Positions 25,838 through 38,700 of a stretch of DNA of 64,000 nt are shown here, piece after piece. The stretch spans positions 12,772,001 to 12,836,000 of the forward strand of contig CM120640.1 in NCBI GenBank assembly GCA_051362555.1. The letters are read 5' to 3'. Every line of letters begins with the position of its first letter. The stretch's first letter is position 1. Made by a program: the position numbers and the translations under genes. Origin of the DNA: Lingula anatina. Lineage: Eukaryota; Animalia; Brachiopoda. The notes under the pieces were generated by a model. It was given only the letters and a program-made list of their open reading frames with translations. It ran no database searches and was not told the origin of the DNA.

Positions 25838-28800
25838 TTAAAAATACTTGACTAAGTGTGAAATTGATCCAGGTATAGGATGACCCTATTTCACCTACAA
25901 CACAAATTCAAATAGAAAATTTCTAAAAATACAGTCACTGCCTTTAGTACTCTTTTCCACCCCAAATCCCAACCCCCTTCATGAGTGAATCATAAAAATT
26001 GCTTGGGTGATAAAATGAGCTGGTTTTGTATTAAAGTTTCTCGTAGATAGGCATTCTACCCCTCCTCCTCCCTCTCCAGCTCACTTCATACCTGGAGTGA
26101 TGATCACCTGTGTTTAAATCTGGTCAAGTGCCATAGATGCCCCAAAGATAAACTTTTTTCCAAGCCCCACCAAATAACATGGTTCTCAATTGACTTTGCT
26201 GGTTTGGTTGTTATTTCAGAGCTTGTTAAAGCTAGCTAATGGTGTAAGGTAGACATGTCCTTCCCCTCTAATATAAACATCTAATGTGCTGCATTTTTGC
26301 TTATTTAAAAACCGTGCCAAAATATTTTTTGTACTTATAGGAACTGTTGTTTAACCCCTTCTCAGTATAAGTTGCACCTGTATAAGGAGGGAGCATGTTC
26401 GCTTTGCATGCTGGCTATTTTAAACTGTTGAAGAGAAAAGTTCAGAATAGTAAGTGTCTATTATTTTTTCAAATAATCTGTAATAATTTCTTTAATTTTA
26501 GGTACGATTCTTTGGTAATTACAAGTGCAATTGTTTCGAGAATGCATGTTGTTCCTACATTAAGGTGCTAAAGCGTTTTGTCTACAAAACAACCTACAGT
26601 ATGTAAACCATTTTTTTTCCCTGCTTCCTGAAGACAAATGGAATTGAAAGGTTTTCATGCTTGTTGCTCATTGTGTCTTGGTTGGCTGATATGTTACAGA
26701 CTGCATGTCTCATGGCCAACTGTGAGCTCATTTGATTCCTTGTTCTGATTGTAGCACTGGAATCTATTGAAAGAAATGAAAAGTGTGATTTGTGAAGTTG
26801 TTAACTACACATTAGAGCCGACACACACAACCCTTGACTTTGAATTCTCTTGAGGAAAAAAGAATGTTTGAGTGTTTGCACACTTGTGAACAATGCATTT
26901 GCATTGACATGTATAATTATGTAGTATTGAAATGAACGGGGTTGAAGAAAAAAGAAACAGAAGTTTCGTGAAAATGTGAATTTGAAAACAATACATTGGA
27001 AATGACAGCCACATTTTACATATGTTTCAACATTGCAGTAATGAGAAGGCGTGATTAGTGTGAGTTGCAGTTGGCCCTCTTCATAGATAGTTGTTTAGGA
27101 TAGACACATTGCAGAGAAGGTATTGACAGCACCTTAACTTTGATCTTGTATACGTAAAAAAATAAGTAGACATCAAGCTAGGGAGGCTGTCAGATACGCA
27201 GACATTTATTGCACACTATGGGAACTCTTTGGAGTAAATCTCCACAGGATTTGACAACCTCGTCTCATCGGAGATTTTCCAGGTATTTTCAGATCTATTT
27301 AAAGGACAGATAAGAAGAAGGGCTGCAGTTTTATTAAATGTTTGTATACATGTTGATATTTATGAGGCTTTCTGTAGTTTTATGTGTGACGATAGGTTTT
27401 TATGCGCAATGCCTTTCATTGAGCGTAAAGGTAACATGGCATAATGTCTTACTATCAACACTATGACAAAAATATTGTTTGGTTAACTAGCTCAGTTTTT
27501 AAAGTCCATATAAAGCCATGGTACAATGTTGAAACAGCAGTAGGAGCAGTTGACTTCACCAGCATTGCCAAGAGGACAAGAGGAAATAAAGATATATTTT
27601 TATTTTTTTTCGTGGCATTTTTATCTCTTTTGTGCTACAAGAGATGATGGTGCTGTGGTGAATGTCTTGTGTAGGAGGAATTTAGATCTCCAGTTTCAAA
27701 TGTCAGCTATCTGTGATGTGAATAAAATAGACTGCAATTTAGAGGCAAACATTTTTCAAAGGTCAAATGGCCATCAATTTAGACTGTTGTTTCCAAAATT
27801 TTATTACTGTTTAAATGGGTGTTTTACTTAGTCAAGGCACCATTTTTATGGGCATTTCAGTTTTTCCTATGTCCAAAATCAGATATTTTATGTTTACTCA
27901 GGCTGCATCTGTCCCAAAACTGTGCTACCTGTGAATGCAAATATTCAAAGCAACCCAAGTTGAATGCATTACCTTTTGCAAATAGTAATGCAAGTTAACT
28001 TTACCTTGCCATGTTAACATATGACTTGTGCTTGGTTAGCCACTGATGATGCTATGAACATTTAGAGAAAATATATGATTGAAGGGGCCATAGTTTGAAG
28101 ATTTTTTCTCTACGAGTTGACGGCTGAAGCTTGATTAATGAAGAGTGCCTGATCTCTTGACCCATGCCAAACTGACCACAAAAACAATAGCTACACTCAG
28201 GGTTGTAGGAAGTGGGTGGGATCCAGCGTCAAGTACATTAGGAAGTCCAGAATTTGGTCAGATTTGTTTTTCTGTCTTTAAACTTGTGTTTAAATATATA
28301 AAAATGATTCACTGCTGATATTTGGAAGAAAAATTTTATCATTTAAATGGTTATGATAGAAAATGTGTGTATATACCCAAAGTTTTATCATTCTTTGAAT
28401 TAAGATGGAATCTCGATCTGTGTGCGGTATATTTGACAATTGTGAAAAATGCCAAATAAAGAATTGGCTATTTGTTTTCTAGATAAGTTACAAGAGTGAC
28501 TGCTGGGGATTTGACTTGATAAACAGACTTTGGTGTGTAAAGTATATTGTTATAATATTCTCCAAACACTTGGCCATTCACTTTTGTAATTGAATTTCTA
28601 CAAGGCTAAATTTAGCCTAAGTATTAGCCCTCGCCAAATTAATTCCAGCACTGCACGTGCTGCAGGCTCATTTGAAAGTACTTAAACCTTTGCTGGAAAT
28701 TGAAAAGCCATCACAAATGAGGAATATACCAGACTTTGATACTTATGTTTTTATTTGATGATTTTATTAGAAATCCCCTACAGCAGGATTAATTCCAGAG

Positions 28801-29562
28801 TCATGCATTTTCAATTTTGAAATATATATATTTTGGTCAGCCACTTAGTTCTGCAGCCAATTACCATGTGAGTGAAAGGCACAGGGCACCTGTGAAGATA
28901 AGAAGAGACATTATTTGTTAAAGTCAGCATTTTGATACCGGCTAACTTTAAGGCTGCAGGTATGCTGGAGAAAAGAGGAGGAGGGGTAGCAGAATGCCTG
29001 CAAGATCACATGTTTGGCATGCCTAGACTCATGTTGTAGTTAGTGCTCTTTATAAGTAGAGAACCTTACTGTGTACTAGCAGTAGTGGAACTAAGGATTC
29101 TAGGCCACCTCACATTTGGAATGCTGCATGTTGGTTTTGCTATTCTTCAACTAATTGTTACCCAAGTCAAGTGCAAGGAGCAAGGCGCAGCCGTCAGTGT
29201 TATGTATGGGCCGGGGCCCAGCTTGTATGGGGAGTGTTTACAAATCCTTTCTTGGGTGTAGTAAAAAGAAAGGCCGAGAGTGCAGCTCTGCAGTTATATG
29301 TTTTGACTGAAAATACCTTCTGTGTGGACATATTCATTTTCAGTGTCAGAGACCCCATCTCTGACATCACTTTTTTTATGACACCTGGGCAGAGCAGGCG
29401 GACAGACCATGTGCTCTTGGCTTTGAAACTGGACTTTGAAAAAAAAAGTCAAAACAAAAGCTTCAGGTTAAACAGTTGTGAATTTATTTATTATTGTTCA
29501 CCTATTCAGCAATTAGAAATATTTTGTATAACCTTGTGGTTGGATGAATTGACTGGGTTGAA

Positions 29563-29711
29563 ATGTCACTTCAAGAGTTGCGTTTCACGTCAGACGGGAA
29601 TCTTGACCTAACCAGTAAGCAGAACCCCAAGATTCAGAAAAGACCTCAAAGTGCTCTGGGGTTTGGGTTCCGTATACAGAAATACAGACCCATTCGCCTC
29701 AAGTCTTTCAA
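29563..29711 (+). CDS. Candidate alternative first coding exon of the NAV gene (MSLQELRFTSDGNLDLTSKQNPKIQKRPQSALGFGFRIQKYRPIRLKSF-N), spliced to exon C
   Basis: ATG at 29563 preceded by an in-frame TGA at 29545. Then 49 open codons plus AA, and gtaagt at 29712. Phase 2 matches the exon C acceptor. The region retains CpGs. No homology or transcript support is available to me. Confidence 0.5.
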
Positions 29712-32700
29712 GTAAGTGTACATTAAACACAGGTGTAAGGTAAATTTTAGGATGTACTACCTCTGGCACAGCTGAAATATATATAAACCAGGCATGTTTA
29801 TTCCTAATTTAATCAAGTAATTATTTATCTGAGACTGCACAGATGCTTTGATGGTATGGCCAAATGGAAATCCAGGGTTAAATGTACAATATTCTCTGGT
29901 TTTATCTTCATAAACTTCAGAAGTGCAAATTTGCAATCCCACCCCATCCCATCTCCCTCTCTCCTTATCATTGCTATTGGTATTGGCACTCGCATATTAG
30001 GATATAGTTGCACTAGTTATGTGGAGATATAAGTTGAACAAGTACAAAACAGTTTCAATCAGGATCACACTGGGAATCTTGTTTCTTCCTTGTTCCCCAA
30101 GCAGAGCATTGGTTGAATGGATTTTTGGATGCCAGTTTGCATACCTGATATTCTAGGTATCAATGAGACTTTTCTTAGTAGTCTCTTTTAACTCTTTTTA
30201 TCCCATGAAGAGAAGTCGAAGGTTGAAGCAGAGCATCAGCAAACCACCTACATGATAACCACTAATCCTGTGGATAATGTGCAATTTGAATTTTGTAAAT
30301 AGTAGTTTTCTCACTATGCTGCTGATTTTGATCTGTAAATGTTCAGCAATCACACCTGCTTCTCCTCCATAGTCTGGTGCTATCAGATCCAGAAGTTATG
30401 ATTTATTATTTTCCAGTGTTATGTAGTAGGAATGATACTTACTGTTTTGAGATGGTTATTACACAGTAAGTAGACAACAACTTAAGGTGCACATGGACTG
30501 GTTTTTATGTTTTTTTTTTAGATAATTTTTTTAGTTTTGATTTCAGATAGTGTTCATTGTCTGCTACTATCTTGTGTTTTTTCTTTTTATACTACTTTTT
30601 TTTCTTTTTGCTATCTCAGCCAAGTTGTGCTAATTTTTTTTTTTTAATAATGCATTTTTAAAAAATCAAAAGTGCCCAAATTTTTTAAAACCACATCTCT
30701 TCTTGGATATTTACCAGATCATTTACTTATGCAGGGAATTCCAAGATGTAAAATTGAATTACTGCATGCACATTTGAGTGATAATTTGCTGGCCCAAGCT
30801 ATGTGCAAACATGGTTTAATGAGCTTGCTGCTGGTATGGATGATATTTTCTATCTTGTCAAACTTCCAAGTATTCCCCTTCCGGGTGAAGTGAAAACACT
30901 GTGGACATACTTGATAATGAATTGAATGGCAGATGGACAGTTTTTTGCTTGCCCCTTGGACATGCATGTACTACTTGTTGACCAGCTGGTTAACCTTATA
31001 CATGAATGCAATGACTTTTTAGAATAATATAATTAACAAAAATTCTATCAATATAGGTGACATACCTGTGGCTCAGATGGTTTATCTTTACTAAAGTTGC
31101 TGTTTTCTTAATTTCTAACTCTGGTTTTTCTTGACATCTGGTAATTTGAAGTTTAATCATTTTCAATGACTTTGATATGTATGAAATTTAAAATTCTTGT
31201 CATTCATTATCAATCACAACGAAATTTAAACTGGTTATTACAAAAACCTGACTTACTGCCAGAAATTGGTTTCAGTTGTCAAATCCTCTAAGCCAAACCA
31301 TTACTAGAGGTGCTGTTTGTTTAACAACCTTACAATACATTTGTAAACCACTTTGTCTTCCTTCAAGGCAAGTGCTCCCTAGTTCATGATACCCATATAT
31401 GCATGAGTATCTCTAATTACTTCCATGAAAAAGTGTTAGCAAACGTATTTGGTTGCATGATGAGGTTTTTTAAAGAGACCATACTGAATGGAAGAGAAAA
31501 GAAAAGATGCATTCAACCCTTTTTTTATTTCACTTTAGTGTGAGGTTACATACCAAAATTGAGGTTTAAGGTATTTAAGTGTTTAGTCTAGACTGTATTG
31601 ATGTTCTGTTTTTTGATGCCTTTTGTTCAAGTTTTTGGGAATAAAGTGGTTATACTGTCAATAAGTATGTGCAATTCATATTGAGAGCTGAAGAAATATG
31701 AGACAAGTCAAAGTAAGTTTTGGTGATGTTTAAGTAATTTTATTTTGTATTTGGATATACTGATAATTTATGTAGCATTTATGTTGTTCTACTTGTTAAT
31801 TCTTTTGTGCTTTGCAAAGACAGAGTGAGTGACATTAACAGAAAGGTTTTCCCCTTTGAATCTGGTTGATAACCTGAGCATAGGAAGACAAATAATGAAG
31901 AAAAAACATGGCACTGTTAATCTGCCAACATTTTGTGCCTGTCTACTTAAACCTCAGGATGAAGTCTTAGCGCTGAGAAGAAGCTTTCAAGTTTATTGTT
32001 CAAGCACTATTTTCTTTAGTAGGCACTATCTATTGCGTAGGCTAGCTCACCCCACAACGTCTGTTTTGTCAGATGGTGTGCCCACAAAATATAACTTCAT
32101 TAACCAGGGGGACCTGCTGGGCCAGTATTGTACCAGAGATAAGTTGTACCCTGAGACCTGCACCAGCATCCATGATTCATCCTTCCTGCCAGACAGCCAT
32201 GGGAGCTGTTCCTCCTGACACAATGCTGCTCCAGGTGGTCAGCTCAGGTGGTCAGCAGACAGAAGGTCAAACTGCTGGACTGGTTGATGAATGGGAAGAA
32301 ACAGTTGGCCTTTAAAGAAGGAGGGAAACAAAATGATATCAAAATTTGAAGAGAAAAAGATGATTGTTGCCTGTTAGGTTTATAGGAAGAAAATAAGATA
32401 TATTCATTAATGAATATTTTTTGCCAAATTTTATTAGATGTGGTTAAAAGAAGTAGATGAGCTGAATGATGGGATTTGTTGAAGAGAGTATACTGGCTAC
32501 ATGCTGAAGCTCCTCCAAACTTTTATCCAACCTATGTCACCAATATTTCTGTAGAAAAGATAAAACGTCTCCAGCAGTGCACACCTAATGTGTAGTCCCA
32601 TTGTGTTCAGGTGTGCCAGGGGTCTTTGATCAGACTAACACAGTTCATCAAGTTGACACCAACAAGGTCTAGTTACAAGGTGTTAAGACTGCTATACTAC

Positions 32701-35700
32701 TGTGTGCATTCTGTAGAAGCACACAAAAGTGATTTCAGACTTTGTTCTGCATCCAGTAAATAGATATGAATAACAGAATAAATTACATAAGTTACCCCCC
32801 CCCCTCAAAAAAAAAAAAATGAAACATGGACATAATTGAAACTAGTTATAATGAATTCATTGCATTTTGTAATGCTAGATAACAAGCATTATCAGTCAAT
32901 AGCCAATTTTTATTTGTGTTCAATATCAGTACTTAGAGAGAATAGAACTTGCACTGTGTTCAGGGTCAGCAGCTCCTTTCAGAGGTTCACTGGGATCAAC
33001 TACTTTAGCTGGCATCCATAGCACTGAGTGCTTGCTTCAGATTTCTCCACCATAAGGTCTCTTTTCCTTATCACTATAGTAATCTGTTGGGTATACTTTC
33101 TTTGCTGTGGGGCCATTTTTGTGCCGAGGTTACCAGTAGCTTATAGAGGTTGATTTTTGAAGAGAAAAACAGATGGTTCTTTTTGTGTGTGGTTAGTTGT
33201 CAGGGGTATCCTTAAACTTCAGGGAATTTTAATTTGTCAAAACCAGGAGAGAGGAAAAGCCAAGAAACTCCCTGTAGAGTTGGATTTTTGAAAACCAAAA
33301 GCAGTTCCATTTTTATACTCGAATTGTAGGTAAGGCTGCTTTTCCTTTGAAATTTGAAGTTATGATTATTTTAATAACTGCTGTTGCACAAGGATAATTA
33401 CTATATTACGAAGCTTCCAGGGCAGTGGTTTCAGTTCTATATTGGGGTGAGGACCTATATTTTAGTAACGATTACATAGAGGTACTTTCTTTGTCTATCA
33501 CAACAAAGCACTGTTGTAAACAAAGCTTTTAAAATTTGATATTTTGAAACACTTCAAAGTCCCGTCATGATTGGCAGGTTTTCAAGACACAGATCAGGTT
33601 GACAGAGTCAGGTGAAATGACATAAAGATAGGTGAGACTGTTGTCAGTCATTGATTCAACCCCAGTGACCGCAGTCAGTGGAGCTCTAAATAACTACTGT
33701 CAGCACTGCACTCAACCCTGGTGACTGCAGGTAAAGTACCAGAAATGAAGTTTTCCATATTAGAACACACTGATCTTTACCAAATTTTGTAATATTGATA
33801 CAAAATGTGTTTTTTAAGTTGTGTATATATTTTTTTAGAAACTAAGTGATTAGTGTCGCTATGGTTTCAGTACTACTCAGAAGCTTCCAGGGCAATTATA
33901 TGTCTTGTATGTATAACAGAATATAATAATTAACAAAAAAAAAAAAAAGAGAGTTCAAATCTTTTTTTTTTTCTTGTATTTTTAAGAAAAACTTGGCTTT
34001 TGTATATAAAGAACTTGTATTGCTGCTCGACTACTGTTTAAGTGTAGTAGAAGTGTGGTATTGTAAAATATACATCATGCTTTATTTCAATTTGAGCAGG
34101 CGTGACTTAACTAGTATAATTGAAATGTATTACCTTAGCCTACAAATGACTAACAATGAATTTACTAGTTATTTATAGTTAAAAGCCGTGTATTAACCTG
34201 GCCACACATAATGGGGGTACACATTCCAGGTGCCTTGAAATATGTGCCCAAATTAAACACCAACATTAGTGTATCATCCATATAGGTTCACATATTTTCT
34301 GCTATTATCACCAGGTAGGGAGCTGGCTGGCAGGTTTAGATCTGTTAAAAATATAATTCTGACACTGGCATTTGCACATTACAAGCAAAAGGTAGGTGTG
34401 TGTGTAGAAGTAACAAGAAAGTTCTGCCACATTTGTTTCCATTTCCAGTTTTGTTTCTTTGTTAGTCCTTTATCTTGGAAACCTGGGGATATTTAAGATA
34501 TTTCCATTTCTTAGACCTGCTTTATAAAGTTACGTGTTTGCTTCGTCAGCGTTTCAGCTTTTTCTTTTCATGTTACAAATCGTGGTGAGTTATGACTTTC
34601 GGATGGCAATTGTTTACACGTCACTGCTGTTACAAGACTAAAAGCCTTGATTATGAAAAAGGAACATTGGCTGTTGCTTGTGCAAATCATTTAGGACCAA
34701 TTTTAAGGATAAATTTTGAAAACAGCTGTATTGTTTTACTCTTACGTGGAACCAAGTTTTGATGGCCTGTTGAAAGAAAGAAGTTACTTCTCTGTGTTGT
34801 GTAATACTTCTCTTCCAGTGGTTCCAATGAGTTTGTAAGTAGGATTTTACTTTTGATTAACTTTTTCTGACCAAAGTGAAATGAAAGGGGAAATATTACT
34901 TTGTGTATTAGTGCATATTCTTGAATGTGTGATATCAGGCAACAGTGTAAGGTATTTGAGCACTGATTTTAGACTTTTGTAAATATCTTATCTGTAACAA
35001 GTTAAGCTGGCTGTATCACCCAAATTATCAGTCAGTTAATTTCCATCTATTTTCCACTTATATTTGTGATTTGAACATGTAATAGGAAGGTTCATTTGTA
35101 CTTCATTCCATAGGAGCAGTATTAGTACAATACTGGATCAAGTTTCTCTTACATAACCTTGTCTTGTGTCTTGAAGTGAATTACAAGTACTAGGCAATTA
35201 GTTCCTCTTAGCCATGGCACTTTTCTTAGTGACAATAAATGGGTTTAATGGTAGGGAGGTGGTCTCTCTCCGTCAACTATTGTTGTTGTTCAATACCATG
35301 TTGGGCAAAGCTGTTCATTATACTAGTAAGTATCAATGTGTTCATTTGGGCTGAGGTGGACTAGATCTACCTTTTAGGCAGATTTGACCACTGAGACTAC
35401 TTAGGTGCTGGTCATTTAGGTGCAAAAACCTGAAGGATTTTGGATTTTTTGAAAATGTATGTGTGGGAGCAGCTAGGTCTGGAATATTTGAGGATTTTTC
35501 TAAGGTATATTTGCAAGTGTATCCAATTGTCTTTGCTTTTAAAAGAGGCACGGGGGTTATGTGGAAAGAGGATATCAAAATGAGAAAATAATATTTTCGA
35601 AACATTGGGTGATATTTGTTTTCTTCAAGACATGTTTCCAAAATGATGTATTGGGTACGAAAATACTACCACACTGTAACTCTGCCATTAAGAGCTCTCG

Positions 35701-38700
35701 TTCATCCATTCCAATAGTTTTACTCAATAAGCTGGTCATAGAAAAAGTGCCATTCACAATGGCGCACTAGTGAGTACCAGGTTGAAGTACTGCTTTTCTG
35801 TACATAAAAAATGTCATTGTCAATACCCATTTTATACTTGTGAATCTGTTATTGCCCATTATCATGTAGTTATGGATTTTTTTCTAGGCATTGATATACA
35901 AAAGATCTTTTGATATACCTGACATCAATTGATGGTTTTGCATCACTTTCACTTCATTTTGTGGTAAGATAGCAGAATTATTTTTGGGTTTGATCCTCAT
36001 ATTGACTGAGATATGTGCCATACTGTTGACTCTGTGCATTTGTGCTTTCTTCTAAAATTCTTTTCAGAAGATTTAATTTTTTTTTTAGATTGGGTCAAAT
36101 TGGTACATGATTGAGCCTACCAAATTTGCTAGCAAACTTCTCTCCCTTGACCAATGGCAGCACAGCCCAAGCCACTTTACAAAGTTTGTTTAAGATTTGT
36201 AATATGGCAGGGGTTGTGTTCAGAGCTGATATAACACATTTTTGGTGCATGTTTGTTAATTATAGTCCTGTATCATCACTGGCTTGGTGGGGGAGGCACA
36301 TGTTGTGTGGGGGCTACTTGCGGAAATGTTGACCACTCCGACAGTATGGATGTAAATGGATGGAGGATTAGATAAATGGATTAAGCAAGGTTCTGTTTTC
36401 AGCATCATTGCACATGAGAGTAGCTGGAATTTTTCCACAACTGGTGTTTCCCACTTATCTAAGGTTTAAACTGAGGTTGGTCAAAGTGGTATATTGAGCT
36501 GGACAGCGTTCTGAACATTACTGGACATCTATAGAGAACTTACTGTATTCCATGCATGCCATGCCACTATAAGGTAGAATTATTGATTTACAATCCTTTT
36601 AGCACTAGACTCTTGATTTGAGTGATGGCACTGTTTTACTTCAGCTAGTCACAGAATATCTGAGATGTATATTGTACTATCTTACAAAGGTTATCCTCCT
36701 TTTTGTTTAGAAAGTTAAAAGTGTAGAATATTGCTGGATTTATATAAAAATTTTGCAGACAAGTGAAAGTAAGGCTAGGTGAGAGTTGTCTTTTAGCATT
36801 TACTGTTCCCATTTCTGAATATTATGTTTTTATCCATTGTTTTATTTCATACATTGAGAACCAAATAGAGTCATTACTTTTACACACTTTTGTCACAGTG
36901 CACATCTTTTGTCTTGTTTTGTGTCAATAGATCATTGATATTTTGGTTATTATCAGACACCCAAGAAAAATGTTTTGATATCTTAAAAGCACAAAGATAA
37001 ACACATATAACACTGATGACAATAAGATGAAACAAAATGGAAAATAGATACAAAATATTTTGCTTTGGGCATTTTACCAAGACCAAGAAAGTGTTAAATT
37101 GAGATAGCTTGTGAAGTCTCCTACATTCTTTCAAGTGTGAAAGGTTAGAAAGTCGGCATGTAGAACTAAATCAATCATGACACATTAGCCTTACCATCAG
37201 ACCAAAACACATAAAGTATGATATTAGCATTGGCCCAAAAAATGGGGCACTGAAAAACAGCATGGAGTCCAGTGCATGGTGACTGAGTCTTTTATGACTA
37301 TACCAGCTAGTTTACCTTGGGCCCTTTAAGATAAACATTACTGAATAAAAATCATCTAGAGCTATAGAATTATATACCAGAACAAGAATATTTAATGGTA
37401 TCATCTACAAGATAACAGCTTGTATTTTTGTTTTTCGACAATTTTCAACAGTTTTGGTTATTTTATGGTACTATATTCACATCCAGCTTTCAAATAATTA
37501 TAAACATGTCCCATGTCCATCAATTCAGTTGTCAAATGTGGATATCTGAAATTTCTGTTTGACATTATTGTGGTAGTAGAGGTGTCCAACATCTGGACTT
37601 GTTGGTGGCTTTGGTACTTGTGATCTTAAATTTTTAACAAAGCACATTTATTCCCAAGTTTCTCAAAAATTTTATGACGTACATACAGACAGGCATCTAC
37701 GTGAATGAACTTGAAATATGACACTTGTAGGTATGTAAACTTTTTTTTTTGTGGGAAGAAAGTTTTTTTGTATACAGATTTGTATGCTTATAAGCTCAAG
37801 TATCAAGTGGAGACTAATAAGTCATAAACTTTACTGTGTGTAAGTTGCAAGATGATGGATGGATGTTTGCAAAGCTGGGGCTGTATGCATAGAGCCGGGG
37901 TTGAAAAATGAAGAAGTACATATTTTCTGCCTGGCAGTTGGTCCAGTTATTCACAACATTTCTTTGCTAAACTTGGGGCCTGAGCAGAGTCAATACAAGA
38001 AATGTAGAAAAAAAACAGTGATTTGTTAAATATGGCAATTAATTAAATTCCTCTATTTGTGTTTGAGGAACAAGTTAAAGAAATATGGGATTCCTCTTGG
38101 TGACAGCCAGCAGGCTGGACACAGCAGGCTGCCTATATAGGAATCATGATGCTGAATATTTTTGGGGTAAATATCCAATCAAGTCCAGTTTTCCCATTGG
38201 GAACCCTTTCTGAGTAGAGAAGAAATACCTGAGTTAGGTGAAGTATTAAGAGGCAGTGTAAGGATCAGGACTAGAAAACCAAGGTAGGGTGGACCACTGA
38301 GATTACTGAAGTTTGCCAGTTTTGTGGATATGTTTATTGTATAATTTTGTGGAGAAGAAGATTGACAATAATTGTTAGTGTTGATTTATGATTTTGATCT
38401 GAAATTTGAGTAGATTTTAATTCTCTCTCAATTTTGAAGCACAGCAATTTCTTTTCATAGGAAAGTGCATAGTTTTGTAATATAACTTTACATAGGAGGG
38501 CATTTTGATCATATGATGTATTGAATTTTTATTAAAAGGGTGAATTTCTTCCTTAAAGACAGAACCATACTAAGATGTTTTTATATTATAAATTTTATTC
38601 AATGCCTTTTGTGTTGAAATAATAATGCAGGCACATTTTTTCCTTTACAAAAAATTCTATTATATTTGTACTGGGTACATTTTAGAGCAGTTGTACACTT

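Noticed and set aside
29171-29611. 146-aa ORF
   Set aside because: Non-ATG start and no recognisable motif. The better-supported frame is the 29563-29711 candidate exon.
34819-34834. 16-nt cassette microexon between exons B and C
   Set aside because: Inclusion would shift the frame. It is retained only as part of the alternative first exon hypothesis.
35298-35331. ATG...A|gtaagt first-exon candidate (similarly at 37718-37736)
   Set aside because: Phase 1 is incompatible with the phase-2 acceptor of exon C. It illustrates how often such patterns occur by chance.
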